Part shown: in pieces, positions 25,201 to 36,890 of the stretch
How the letters are laid out: every line of letters starts with the position of its first letter
Position numbering within the stretch: the stretch's first letter is position 1
Translations under genes and position numbers: made by a program
Assembly (NCBI GenBank): GCA_041690135.1
Contig: JAWLHY010000016.1
Span: forward strand, 125,906 to 189,905
DNA from: Armatimonadota bacterium
GTDB taxonomy: Bacteria; Armatimonadota; SYMT01
Reading direction: 5' to 3'
Length of the DNA stretch: 64,000 nucleotides
Notes under the pieces: generated by a model
The model's database searches: none
What the model was told of the DNA's origin: nothing
Seen by the model: the letters and a program-made list of their open reading frames with translations, nothing else

Positions 25201-26401
25201 CTCCACCGCGGATTTCGCGTTGGTCCGCCAGCCGGACGGCACCTTCCGTGGGACGTTCTTAGCTCCGGCGAATACCGCCACCGCCGACCAGACTTACACC
25301 GTCACCCTCAAAGCCCGGGATACCTCGAACAATGCCGCCGAACAGCTTTGCGGCTCGTTCGTGGTCGCCCTGCAGGACCTGCTGGCGCCGGCGCTGTCCG
25401 CCCCGCAGGTTTCTCCTCGTGCGCTGCCGAATGCGGGCGGGGAAGTTGCCGTCGCCGTAACAGCGACAGACAACATCGGGGTGGAGCGCGTAACCGTGGT
25501 GCTCGTCCGGATCGGCGAAGCGCCCGTGACCGCCGAACTTGCGCCGCAAGGAGGCGGCTCGTACACGGGCACCGTGATCCTACCGCCGAATACAACCACT
25601 CGCGATCGGATCTATGGGGTCGCCTTCTCCGCCGTGGATGCCACGGGCAACCGCACCACTCTCGAAGCCGGAGCGGTGACGGTCCAGGCCACCGACCGGG
25701 AAGCTCCGCAGATTGCCAACTGCCGGGTGTCCCCGCGGACACTCCAGCCGGCTGGAGGGGAGGTGACCCTCGAGGCGACGGTTCGCGATAATGTAGCCGT
25801 CCAGTCGGTGGTGGCCACCGTCACCCTACCGGACGGCTCCGAGATATCGGTCCCCCTCCAGCGCACGACCGGCGATGCGTTTGCCGCCTCCTTCACCGCC
25901 ACCGAGAACCGGACGAACGCCCCCGAGGTCTACCAGATTCGCCTGACCGCCACTGATCCCAGCGGCAACACCCGTCACGTGGACTGCGGACGGGCCACGG
26001 TGGGGCCGCGGCGGCCGGGCCGGCTCCGCCTCTCTTCCAGCGGCATCGAGTTTGGGCGAGTCGAGCGGGGGGAGATCGCCACCAAACGGTTGGTGCTGCG
26101 CAACGACGGGTCCGATACCCAGATCGTGGGGTCGATCCAGCTACTCCTGCCTCCCTTCCAGGTATTCATCGACGAAGGCGGCAAGTTGAAAGCAATAGCG
26201 GCCCAGGGGAAGACGGGTGAGCCGGTGAGTGTTCCGCTGAACCTGGGTCCGGGAGAATCGCTGGCGTTGGTGATCGAGTTTGCTCCGGAGCACCTGGGCC
26301 GGTATCGGCAGCTTCTGCAGATCGAGACCAACGATCCCATTCGGCCCCGCATCCGCGTGCGCGTCTCGGGGCACGCCTGCCGGCTGGTGCGCCGCCGGTA
26401 A
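22253..26401 (+). CDS. Large exported surface protein: parallel beta-helix repeats, five Ig-like repeats, C-terminal ASH/choice-of-anchor-D-like domain
   Basis: Signal peptide; VTNSADSGPGSFRDA; repeated GNxIGTD / RNxISGN; five DxxxP..SP..L...GG.V repeats; IEFGRV..LVLRNDG..IETNDP. Confidence 0.85.
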   Translation: MRLPYAFRVILVTLLLPLLFTALLARQGTAGVTASILLVTNSADSGPGSFRDALNQSNQLAGHQQIHFAIDGAGPHVITPVDPLPDVVDPVSIDGYTQPGAVVNTDPNAVTASLKVQISGTNINEGSGLTLLAGDCDIRGLCITGFTFGQGILITEGGNNVIRGCFLGMNPDGGQPSTSTNTTGVVIDSSSGNRIGGTLPEDRNLISGQKGAFGEPGYGVVVAGFSSAGNVIEGNLIGPTRTGANSILNDQIGIFISNAPETRIGGTQPGSRNLISGNDDTGIRIEGPGATDTLVQGNFIGTDVTGAYPVPNFGHGIHMLDGASRTVVGGATAEARNVISGNADWGVYIESFESQSDSTVIQGNYIGTDSEGAEAALNGQGGVFVLDSPYTQIGGPYPGEGNTISGNGAILGAGIHLEGTGTVSTYIQGNRIGTDATGTQPLGNVGEGIRINSASDTQVGATSIPPTSALGRQSSYTPGNIIGANGAGIIIYALAGGTPFNNRIEGNFIGTDATGSLNLGNGTVGIEIRNGESNPVGGVLPGAGNTIAFNGEAGVAISQSSRFNPILGNRFYANGSIGIDLSLGQLLQNGPTANDPGDIDNGPNDLQNFPVLTGVQKGTSTVIDGTLDSKPLETFRIEFFSSDTLDPSGFGEGQRYLGATNVTTDSSGMAIFSTSLPVQLGSTEVVTATATDSLRNTSEFSGPPGVADTTPPVIVDCSVTPLQLPRAGGSVTVRATVTDNQKVQDVVVYFLPGSVGTGARAPGIRRSISAASAINTTLQPIGGDVYEGAVVLPPNGTQADQVYEVLLIASDVAGNPDSEYCDPVTVSGSADTTPPFVSECGFNPTQLPQAGGKIDLYVVATDDTAVAVVRARIARPNGTNTVFDLVAGANNRFTGSFTAPGNFSGSPQQYGIYFEALDAGGNLRDVTCGFATVAADQTAPAFIRCDLSPSVLSSQGGTVAVTAEVTDDVAVFQVVGSVRRPDNSTADFALVRQPDGTFRGTFLAPANTATADQTYTVTLKARDTSNNAAEQLCGSFVVALQDLLAPALSAPQVSPRALPNAGGEVAVAVTATDNIGVERVTVVLVRIGEAPVTAELAPQGGGSYTGTVILPPNTTTRDRIYGVAFSAVDATGNRTTLEAGAVTVQATDREAPQIANCRVSPRTLQPAGGEVTLEATVRDNVAVQSVVATVTLPDGSEISVPLQRTTGDAFAASFTATENRTNAPEVYQIRLTATDPSGNTRHVDCGRATVGPRRPGRLRLSSSGIEFGRVERGEIATKRLVLRNDGSDTQIVGSIQLLLPPFQVFIDEGGKLKAIAAQGKTGEPVSVPLNLGPGESLALVIEFAPEHLGRYRQLLQIETNDPIRPRIRVRVSGHACRLVRRR

Positions 26402-26427
26402 CCTTCCGGCGAGATCATCGCGAGCGA

Positions 26428-26459
26428 TAAGGGATGCCGGAGTGGTCCGGCATCCCTTA
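26428..26459. terminator. Probable bidirectional terminator between convergent genes
   Basis: TAAGGGATGCCGG-6nt-CCGGCATCCCTTA perfect 13-bp inverted repeat. Confidence 0.75.
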
Positions 26460-26465
26460 CGCACT

Positions 26466-30104
<3,639 letters not shown>

Positions 30105-30245
30105 GGAGTGAGGGAGCGACCCGGGTGCGGCGCCTTCTGGGACCGTACTGTAATGTTATCCTGTTCGACAGGATACACGGAAGGCTCAACAGGTTTTTCG
30201 CCGTCGGCTCTTTGGGGCTCCGGAATCGACCCAACTCCCAGGCTT

Positions 30246-30272
30246 CCGGGGCGGGCGAGACGCCCGCCCTAC
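30246..30272 (-). repeat. REP-like palindrome (GTAG-type)
   Basis: Minus strand GTAG-GGCGGGCG-TCT-CGCCCGCC-CCGG; 26/27 identical to 42917-42943. Confidence 0.7.
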
Positions 30273-30312
30273 TCCACTCGCCACCGGCTCCGTTCGTCCT
30301 CTTCGCACATGC

Positions 30313-32562
30313 TTACGCACTCACCGGGATGGCTATCTGGATCCGGGCTTCCATAGGGGGGTAACATTGGCGCTCGTCGCAGGCCTGAATTCTCACCAGC
30401 AGCTTTGCCGGATAGGCGCCCGGAGACAGGTCCGCATCCGCCTCCAACTCCACCGAAAGCGTCACCGAACCGGAGTAGACGGAAAGGGCATCGTCCTGAA
30501 ACGGCGCCTGGTGGGCTTCTCCAGGTGGGTAGTGGTACCCGACTACGGTGAAGCCGGGCGTCTCCTGAACTTCGATCACGGTGGGAATGAGGTACTCCTG
30601 AAGGGGCGCGTGGCTGTTGATGTGATTTCCCGGCGCTACGTCGAGCACGATATCGATGCGGATGCGCCCGCCCGGAGCGACGGACGGTTGAGAGAGGTTG
30701 GCTTCCACCTCCACCGCGTCGGCACCGGCGATGCGGATGCCGCCGGGCCACTCGCGGAGGTATTCGTTTGCGGCGACCAGCATGTTCGGAAAACCGGCGG
30801 GTAGTTCGTCCATGAGGGGCGATGCCAGGGCCAGCATCTCCGCGGCCTGCCGCCGGTGGTCCTCATCCCCGGTAATGTGGGCCGCGCGGATGTGGGCCAG
30901 GACCGCCATGGAAGCCCCGGACGGGGTGGCGCCATCCTGGAACCCCTTGGCACGGGTGATGAGCTGCTCGTGGTCGTGGCTGGTGAAGTAGTAACCGCCG
31001 TCGGTCGCATCCCAGAAGCGAGCTTCGAGTTGTTCCAGCAGCCGCAAGCCCTCGTCTTTCCACCGCTCGTTGCCCGTGGCCAGGTGGAGGTCCAGGAGCG
31101 CAAGCGACAGATAGCTGTAGTCTTCCAGGTAGGCGTTCAGCCCCGCCTGGCCATTGCGATAGGAACGGAGGAGGCGGCCTCCCTCCCGCATCCGGGTCAG
31201 CACGAATTCGGCGGCATGTTCGGCGGCCTCGCGGTACCGGTCGTCCCGCAACACCCGGTATCCTTCCGCAAACGCACGGATCATCAATCCGTTCCAGCCG
31301 GAAAGGATCTTGTCGTCCAGCAGCGGATGGACACGTTTCTCGCGGTGCTCCCACAGCTTCCGGCGCAGGGCGCCGAGGCGGGCGTCCAGATCCTCCACCC
31401 CGGTGTGCAACTCCTGGGCCCAATCATCCAGGTTGCGATTCAACAAGTTGGGGATGCTGTGCCCCTCCCAGTTGCCACCGCGCGAGATGTCGTAGATGCG
31501 GCAGAAAAGGGATCCATCCTCCGCCCCGAGCACCGCCTCGACTTCCTCCGGGTCCCAGACGAAAAACTTCCCTTCCACCCCTTCGCTGTCGGCGTCGGTC
31601 GTGGAGTAAATGCCGCCTTCGGGGTGGGTCATTTCCCGCAAGATGTAATCGAAGATCTCCCGGGCCACCCGGCCGTAGAACCAGTTCTGCGTCTCTTCAA
31701 AAGCGAGCGTGTAAACTCGGGATAGAAGGGCATTGTCGTACAGCATCTTCTCGAAGTGGGGCACCAGCCACTTCTCGTCCACGCTGTACCGGTGGAAACC
31801 GCCGCCTACCTGGTCGTACATTCCGCCCCGTGCCATCATTTCGAGCGTGTGGTCGGCGATGCGCAGCAACCGCAGATTGTTCTCCTGGTGGTGGCGTCGA
31901 AGGAACAGCTCCAGCCGCATGCTCGGCGGGAACTTGGGGGCCTGCCCGAAGCCCCCGTAAGCGGGCTCGTAGCCGCGCTCGAACGCCTGGACCGCGTTCT
32001 TGACCAGCGTTTCATTCACGGCACCCTGGCCCTGTGCCCCGCCGGTAAACTGCTCCATTGCCTCGACGACACGATCCGCCTGGGTGAGGACCTCCGCCCG
32101 TCGCTCCCGCCACGCCCGCGCCAGTTCCCGCAACAGTGTCGGGAACCCGGGTCGCCCCCAGCGGTCCTCCGGCGGGAAATAGGTGCCGGCATAGAACGGC
32201 TTGAGATCCGGCGTCAGAAAGACCGACATCGGCCAGCCGCCGCTGTGCGTGATGAGCTGGGTGGCCGCCATGTAGATCTCGTCCAGGTCCGGCCGTTCCT
32301 CCCGGTCCACCTTGATGCACACGAAGTCCTGGTTGAGTTGCTCCGCGATCGCCTCGCTTTCGAAGCTCTCCCGCTCCATTACGTGGCACCAGTGGCAGGC
32401 GGCATACCCGATGGAGAGAAAGATCGGCTTGTCCTCTTCCCGAGCAAGCCGGAGCGCTTCCTCGCCCCAGGGATACCAGTCCACCGGGTTGTGGGCATGC
32501 TGCAACAGGTACGGGCTCGTCGCGTCGATCAGGCGGTTGGTGTGTTGATGTTGAGCGCTCAT
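30313..32562 (-). CDS. YyaL/SPATA20-family thioredoxin-domain protein (DUF255) with C-terminal DsbD-N-like domain
   Basis: [46 protein letters not shown]; tail [20 protein letters not shown]. Confidence 0.92.
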   Translation of the reverse strand: MSAQHQHTNRLIDATSPYLLQHAHNPVDWYPWGEEALRLAREEDKPIFLSIGYAACHWCHVMERESFESEAIAEQLNQDFVCIKVDREERPDLDEIYMAATQLITHSGGWPMSVFLTPDLKPFYAGTYFPPEDRWGRPGFPTLLRELARAWRERRAEVLTQADRVVEAMEQFTGGAQGQGAVNETLVKNAVQAFERGYEPAYGGFGQAPKFPPSMRLELFLRRHHQENNLRLLRIADHTLEMMARGGMYDQVGGGFHRYSVDEKWLVPHFEKMLYDNALLSRVYTLAFEETQNWFYGRVAREIFDYILREMTHPEGGIYSTTDADSEGVEGKFFVWDPEEVEAVLGAEDGSLFCRIYDISRGGNWEGHSIPNLLNRNLDDWAQELHTGVEDLDARLGALRRKLWEHREKRVHPLLDDKILSGWNGLMIRAFAEGYRVLRDDRYREAAEHAAEFVLTRMREGGRLLRSYRNGQAGLNAYLEDYSYLSLALLDLHLATGNERWKDEGLRLLEQLEARFWDATDGGYYFTSHDHEQLITRAKGFQDGATPSGASMAVLAHIRAAHITGDEDHRRQAAEMLALASPLMDELPAGFPNMLVAANEYLREWPGGIRIAGADAVEVEANLSQPSVAPGGRIRIDIVLDVAPGNHINSHAPLQEYLIPTVIEVQETPGFTVVGYHYPPGEAHQAPFQDDALSVYSGSVTLSVELEADADLSPGAYPAKLLVRIQACDERQCYPPMEARIQIAIPVSA

Positions 32563-32811
32563 CAGGCTTTCCCCCGGCAAATTCTCTCCTATTTATCCCC
32601 CAGGGCTGCGGAAGACTACCCCCACCGTAAGTGAGGGCGCCAGGGTGTGAAGCGGACAGTAACGTACAGGACGGGACGTTCTCCACATGCTCGTCACGCA
32701 TTGCAAGGGAGTCGCCACGAACAAAGGGAGGGGCGTTGTGTCTGTTATCTCAACCGTTTAGAGGCGATTGACCCGGGGATTGAGCGCCGAGAGGGGCAGA
32801 GGCAGTAGTTT

Positions 32812-33840
32812 ATGCGTGGGTTTACTAACCAGATGCGGTTCGGGGCGGCGGCGGTGTTAGTGCTCGGAGGGGCGGCCTGGAGCGCTCACCTCCACCAGGA
32901 GACGCCCCCCTACTCCGGAACGAGCCCGCAACAGATTCGAGAACTGGCCCAACGCATCCAACAGCAGCCGACAAGCAATACTCCCCTGTTCGTCCAGACC
33001 ACTGGAGACCGAGGCTTTGAGATGCGCCGCTCAAGTCCCACGGTTCAGGTGTCTTCCACCCGACCCACCCCGGCGTCCACGCCGCCGCCTTCGCCTGCAA
33101 GCGAGGCCGGTGCCGGCGCGGCGGAGACGGATACGGCCGTCCCCACCGCTCCCGCCAACCCGGTCCAGAATATCGCCCTGATGGGGGTGACCCACATGGG
33201 GGAGGATGATCGAGCCTGGTTGGTGGATGTGGAAAGCCAGGAACGGGAAGTGGTGGGAGAAGGCGAAGAGGCCTTCGGGTTCACCCTCAAGACGATCGAC
33301 GACGAACAGGTGCTTCTGGTACGCGGAGACGAAGAATTTACCATCCGGATGGGCGACAAGCATATTCCGCCGCCGCCGGGCAGCGAAGCAGTCGCCGCTT
33401 CCACTCCGGCTTCCACGATGCCGGTCTCCAGCTACGGCGGCCCCTCGGGACGCTCGGACCGCCGGAGTCGTTTCTCCGGTTCGCCCAGCCGATCCTACTC
33501 CGGCAGCTCGAGTTCGCGCAGTTACGACCGTTCGTCCCGCTCGGATTACAGCAGCAGCCGCTTCTCCGGTCGCAGTTTCCCGTCTTCCAGCTTTATGTCG
33601 GGAGCCTTTGGGAACAGCCGTAACAATAACCGCACGCCTAACTTCAACCGCCCGACCTCGAACCCACAGGAGGCCCGTCGCCGCAACGTGCGCCTGGTGG
33701 GGGGCGGCGACCCGATCGAATCGCCCGACCCGTTCAGCAATCCGCAAACTCTGCGCCGCCTCGGCAGCACCAGCAGCAGCGCCTTCGGGTCCAGCAACGC
33801 CCGCTCCAACTCTCGCAACAGCAACAGCCGTGGTCGCTAA
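32812..33840 (+). CDS. Hypothetical exported protein with GspC/PilP-like beta domain and Ser/Arg-rich tail
   Basis: N-terminal hydrophobic helix; IALMGV..RAWLVD..VGEGEEAFGFTLKTIDDEQVLL; low-complexity C-terminus. Confidence 0.65.
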   Translation: MRGFTNQMRFGAAAVLVLGGAAWSAHLHQETPPYSGTSPQQIRELAQRIQQQPTSNTPLFVQTTGDRGFEMRRSSPTVQVSSTRPTPASTPPPSPASEAGAGAAETDTAVPTAPANPVQNIALMGVTHMGEDDRAWLVDVESQEREVVGEGEEAFGFTLKTIDDEQVLLVRGDEEFTIRMGDKHIPPPPGSEAVAASTPASTMPVSSYGGPSGRSDRRSRFSGSPSRSYSGSSSSRSYDRSSRSDYSSSRFSGRSFPSSSFMSGAFGNSRNNNRTPNFNRPTSNPQEARRRNVRLVGGGDPIESPDPFSNPQTLRRLGSTSSSAFGSSNARSNSRNSNSRGR

Positions 33841-33902
33841 CCATTTGCTGGATCTATCTTCTTGGTTGGTCGTGTAGACCCGTAAAGTAATGTCACGGCC
33901 CC

Positions 33903-33952
33903 AGTCCGCGGAGGCGGACTTCGCGCCTTTCCAGCTTGCGACTTCCAGTCGC
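33903..33952. repeat. REP-like double hairpin
   Basis: AGTCCGC-GGAG-GCGGACT followed by GCGACT-TCC-AGTCGC, between convergent genes. Confidence 0.55.
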
Positions 33953-34053
33953 CTGTTTGCCGGAGTAGCAGCCTCGCGCCTTCCCTTCGAGTGGAACCGG
34001 TATGCCTGGAAGGTGCCGCAGGAGTGACCCTTCCCTGCCGGTTCAACGGAGGC

Positions 34054-34578
34054 CTACCAGGGAACCAGCCACTTCAGATACCACGACAGCAGTTTCCGCG
34101 TGCAGACAGCCACGATCCAGGTGACCAATCCGCCGGCCGTCGCAAATACCCCCAGCCCGAGAAAGAGGGCCCCCACGCCGGCGATGAGGTACAGAAGGGG
34201 CAGTCCGCACCCGCAGCAGAACAGTAACCCTATGCCCGCGAAGGCGCCAAACGTGCGGGGGAGCAGACTGGAGATCAGCCAGGTGAGGGGCAGCCAGGAT
34301 CGTTCGACGACTCCTTTGGCGGCGCGGGCGGCGGCGTCGCAGGTGCGCATCCCCTCGACTACTTTCCGTGCCTTGCGAAGAAGCCGGGCGCGATGCCGGC
34401 GGTCCTCCGCCAGCCCCTCGTCCAGCGTCCTCCCGTAAGCGTCCTGCTTGGCGACCCCTTCTCCGGCAGTTGCCCCGAGTTTTTCCGCAGTCGTGTCCAG
34501 TTCGCTCGCGGATGCCGGAGCCGTTCCGGACGGGACGGACTCCGCTTTCCTGGTTGATTGCAAGTGCCTTCTCTGCAT
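34054..34578 (-). CDS. Hypothetical membrane protein
   Basis: ORF fills the gap; hydrophobic C-terminal half with CCGC; start uncertain. Confidence 0.45.
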   Translation of the reverse strand: MQRRHLQSTRKAESVPSGTAPASASELDTTAEKLGATAGEGVAKQDAYGRTLDEGLAEDRRHRARLLRKARKVVEGMRTCDAAARAAKGVVERSWLPLTWLISSLLPRTFGAFAGIGLLFCCGCGLPLLYLIAGVGALFLGLGVFATAGGLVTWIVAVCTRKLLSWYLKWLVPW

Positions 34579-34795
34579 GGGATGTTGTTCGAGAACGGCA
34601 GCGCCCTCGACCGATCTCCGATATCCGCCTTCTCTTTCAACGCAAAGGTGACGCACGAGGGTTCTCCCTGGTGCGTGAAGTGCGACCCTTCGGGCAGGCT
34701 CGGAGATATACATTAGCCTGCGCCACCCGAGTCACGGTGCGGATGACGACCGTGGGTGAGTTCGAATGCGGACGGGTAAAGAGGCGAGGAAATTC

Positions 34796-36613
34796 ATGGA
34801 AAACAGGACAATGACTGACAGAGATTTTGCTTCGCTCGGCCTCTCGCCCGAAACGCTGAAAGGGATCGAGACTGCCGGCTACGACAACCCCACCCCGATT
34901 CAGGAACAGGCGATCCCCATCCTGCTTCAGGGGCAGGACCTGATCGGTCAGGCTCAAACGGGGACCGGCAAAACGGCCGCGTTCGCGCTGCCCCTGGTGG
35001 AGCGACTCGACCCGCGCGCCAACCAGCCACAGGCGCTCATCCTATGCCCCACCCGAGAGCTTGCGGTGCAGGTTTCGGAAGCGATCTACACCCTGGGCCG
35101 CGGGGGTGGGTATCGGGTGCTGCCCATCTACGGCGGCCAACCGATTGACCGGCAGCTCCGCGCCTTGCGGGCGGGAGCACAGATCATCGTCGGAACGCCG
35201 GGACGCTTGCTCGATCATCTCCGCCGGGGAACCCTTGACCTGACGGGGGTGAAGACCGTGGTCCTGGATGAGGCCGATGAGATGCTGGCGATGGGCTTCA
35301 TCGAAGACATCGAACTGATCCTGGATGAGCTTCCCGAAGAGCGCCAGATCGCCCTCTTTTCCGCGACGATGCCGGCCCCCATCGCGCGCCTTTCGCAGAA
35401 GTATCTCCATGACCCGCAGCGGGTGACGATTGCCGCGGAGCCGCACACCGTACCACAGATCCGCCAGTGCTACTATGAGGTTTCCCCGGCGCAGAAAGTC
35501 GACGCGCTCAGCCGTATCCTCGATATGGAGACGCCCGGACCCACCATCATTTTCTGCCGCACGAAGCGGGAGTGCGACGAGTTGGGAGAGCACCTCCGCG
35601 GTCGGGGTTACGTGGCCGATACCCTGCACGGCGATCTGAGCCAGCAGGAACGGGACCGGGTGATGCGACGTTTCCGCCAGGGACAGGTGGATTTGCTGGT
35701 GGCTACCGACGTGGCGGCCCGCGGCCTCGACATCGAGACGGTGACCCACGTGATCAACTACGACATCCCGTGGGACGTGGAGTCATACACGCACCGCATC
35801 GGACGGACCGGTCGTGCCGGTCGCGAGGGCGATGCCATCACCCTGGTGAGCCCGCGGGAACGGCGGCAGTTGAAGCTGATCGAGCGGGCCATCGGCACCC
35901 GGATCACGCCGGTCCGTCTCCCCACCGCCGCGGATATCGCCGCGCGCCGCCGCGAAGTGTTCAAGCAGTCCGTCCTCTCGGCGCTGGAAGAGGGGAATCT
36001 GGACGAGTTCCTGCTCACTGTGGAAGAACTCTCCGATCAGCACGAGCCGGCCGAGGTTGCGGCGGCAGCCCTGAAGTTGCTGTGGAGCGAGCAGAAGATT
36101 GATGCGCCGGTTCACGCCGTCGAAGCACAAGATGAAACGCGTCCGGAAGCAGGGATGGCGCGGCTGTTCATCACCGTGGGTCGCGAGCACGGCCTCCGCC
36201 CCACCGATCTCGTTGGGGCGATCGCCAACGAATCCGGGCTTCCGGGACGGGCTATCGGCGCCATCGACATCATGGACCGCTGCGCCTTCGTGGAAGTGCC
36301 GGTCGACGCCGCCGACCAGGTGATCCGCGCGCTGGGTCGCACCACGCTCCGGGGCCGGAAGGTGCACGTGGAGCGCACCCCCGCCGGAATGGAAGGCTTC
36401 CGCCCCGAGAGTACACCTGGAGCGGGAAACGGCAAGGGGGAGGCTACCGGTCGTCCGTTCAAGCCCGGAAAGCCGCGTAAAGGTGAGGCGCGCGCCGGGT
36501 TCGGCGGCCCGCGGGGCGACCGATCCGGACCGGCAGGCCCGCCGCGTCCCAAGGCCGGGAGGCCCTTCTCCCCGGCGAGGAAGTTCAAGCCGGGAAAGCG
36601 GGAGCAACCATAA
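34796..36613 (+). CDS. deaD: DEAD-box RNA helicase DeaD/CsdA type with DbpA RNA-binding domain
   Basis: Q motif, AQTGTGKT, PTRELA, DEAD, SAT, HRIGRTGRAG; RLFITVGR..DLVGAIANE; basic tail. Confidence 0.95.
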   Translation: MENRTMTDRDFASLGLSPETLKGIETAGYDNPTPIQEQAIPILLQGQDLIGQAQTGTGKTAAFALPLVERLDPRANQPQALILCPTRELAVQVSEAIYTLGRGGGYRVLPIYGGQPIDRQLRALRAGAQIIVGTPGRLLDHLRRGTLDLTGVKTVVLDEADEMLAMGFIEDIELILDELPEERQIALFSATMPAPIARLSQKYLHDPQRVTIAAEPHTVPQIRQCYYEVSPAQKVDALSRILDMETPGPTIIFCRTKRECDELGEHLRGRGYVADTLHGDLSQQERDRVMRRFRQGQVDLLVATDVAARGLDIETVTHVINYDIPWDVESYTHRIGRTGRAGREGDAITLVSPRERRQLKLIERAIGTRITPVRLPTAADIAARRREVFKQSVLSALEEGNLDEFLLTVEELSDQHEPAEVAAAALKLLWSEQKIDAPVHAVEAQDETRPEAGMARLFITVGREHGLRPTDLVGAIANESGLPGRAIGAIDIMDRCAFVEVPVDAADQVIRALGRTTLRGRKVHVERTPAGMEGFRPESTPGAGNGKGEATGRPFKPGKPRKGEARAGFGGPRGDRSGPAGPPRPKAGRPFSPARKFKPGKREQP

Positions 36614-36644
36614 CGGCGAGCACCATTCTGGAATAGAGACAACG

Positions 36645-36681
36645 ATGACCGACGGGAGCGACACTCCCGTCGGTCATTTTT
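36645..36681 (+). terminator. Intrinsic terminator after deaD
   Basis: ATGACCGACGGGAG-5nt-CTCCCGTCGGTCAT followed by TTTT. Confidence 0.85.
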
Positions 36682-36890
36682 GTGCAGAGTGGCGGTTCAA
36701 CGGGCACCCTGAAGGGAACAGTAGGCTTCAGCAGGCCCAACTCGCGAAAAGCGCCTTCCCCGACGGAATCTGGCGCAATCTGTCCGGGACGCATCTCCCC
36801 CGTGTCACGCAGAGGTGTCCCACGCGTACAAGGGGTCTGCAGGGGCGAAGTGGATCGAAACTTCGCCGGTAAGGGAATCAGGAGCAGCTC

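Noticed and set aside
32747-32764. ATCTCAACCGTTTAGAGG, similar to the LacI operator
   Set aside because: Only the left half matches well (11/18 overall) and it is far from the locus; insufficient without a genome-wide model
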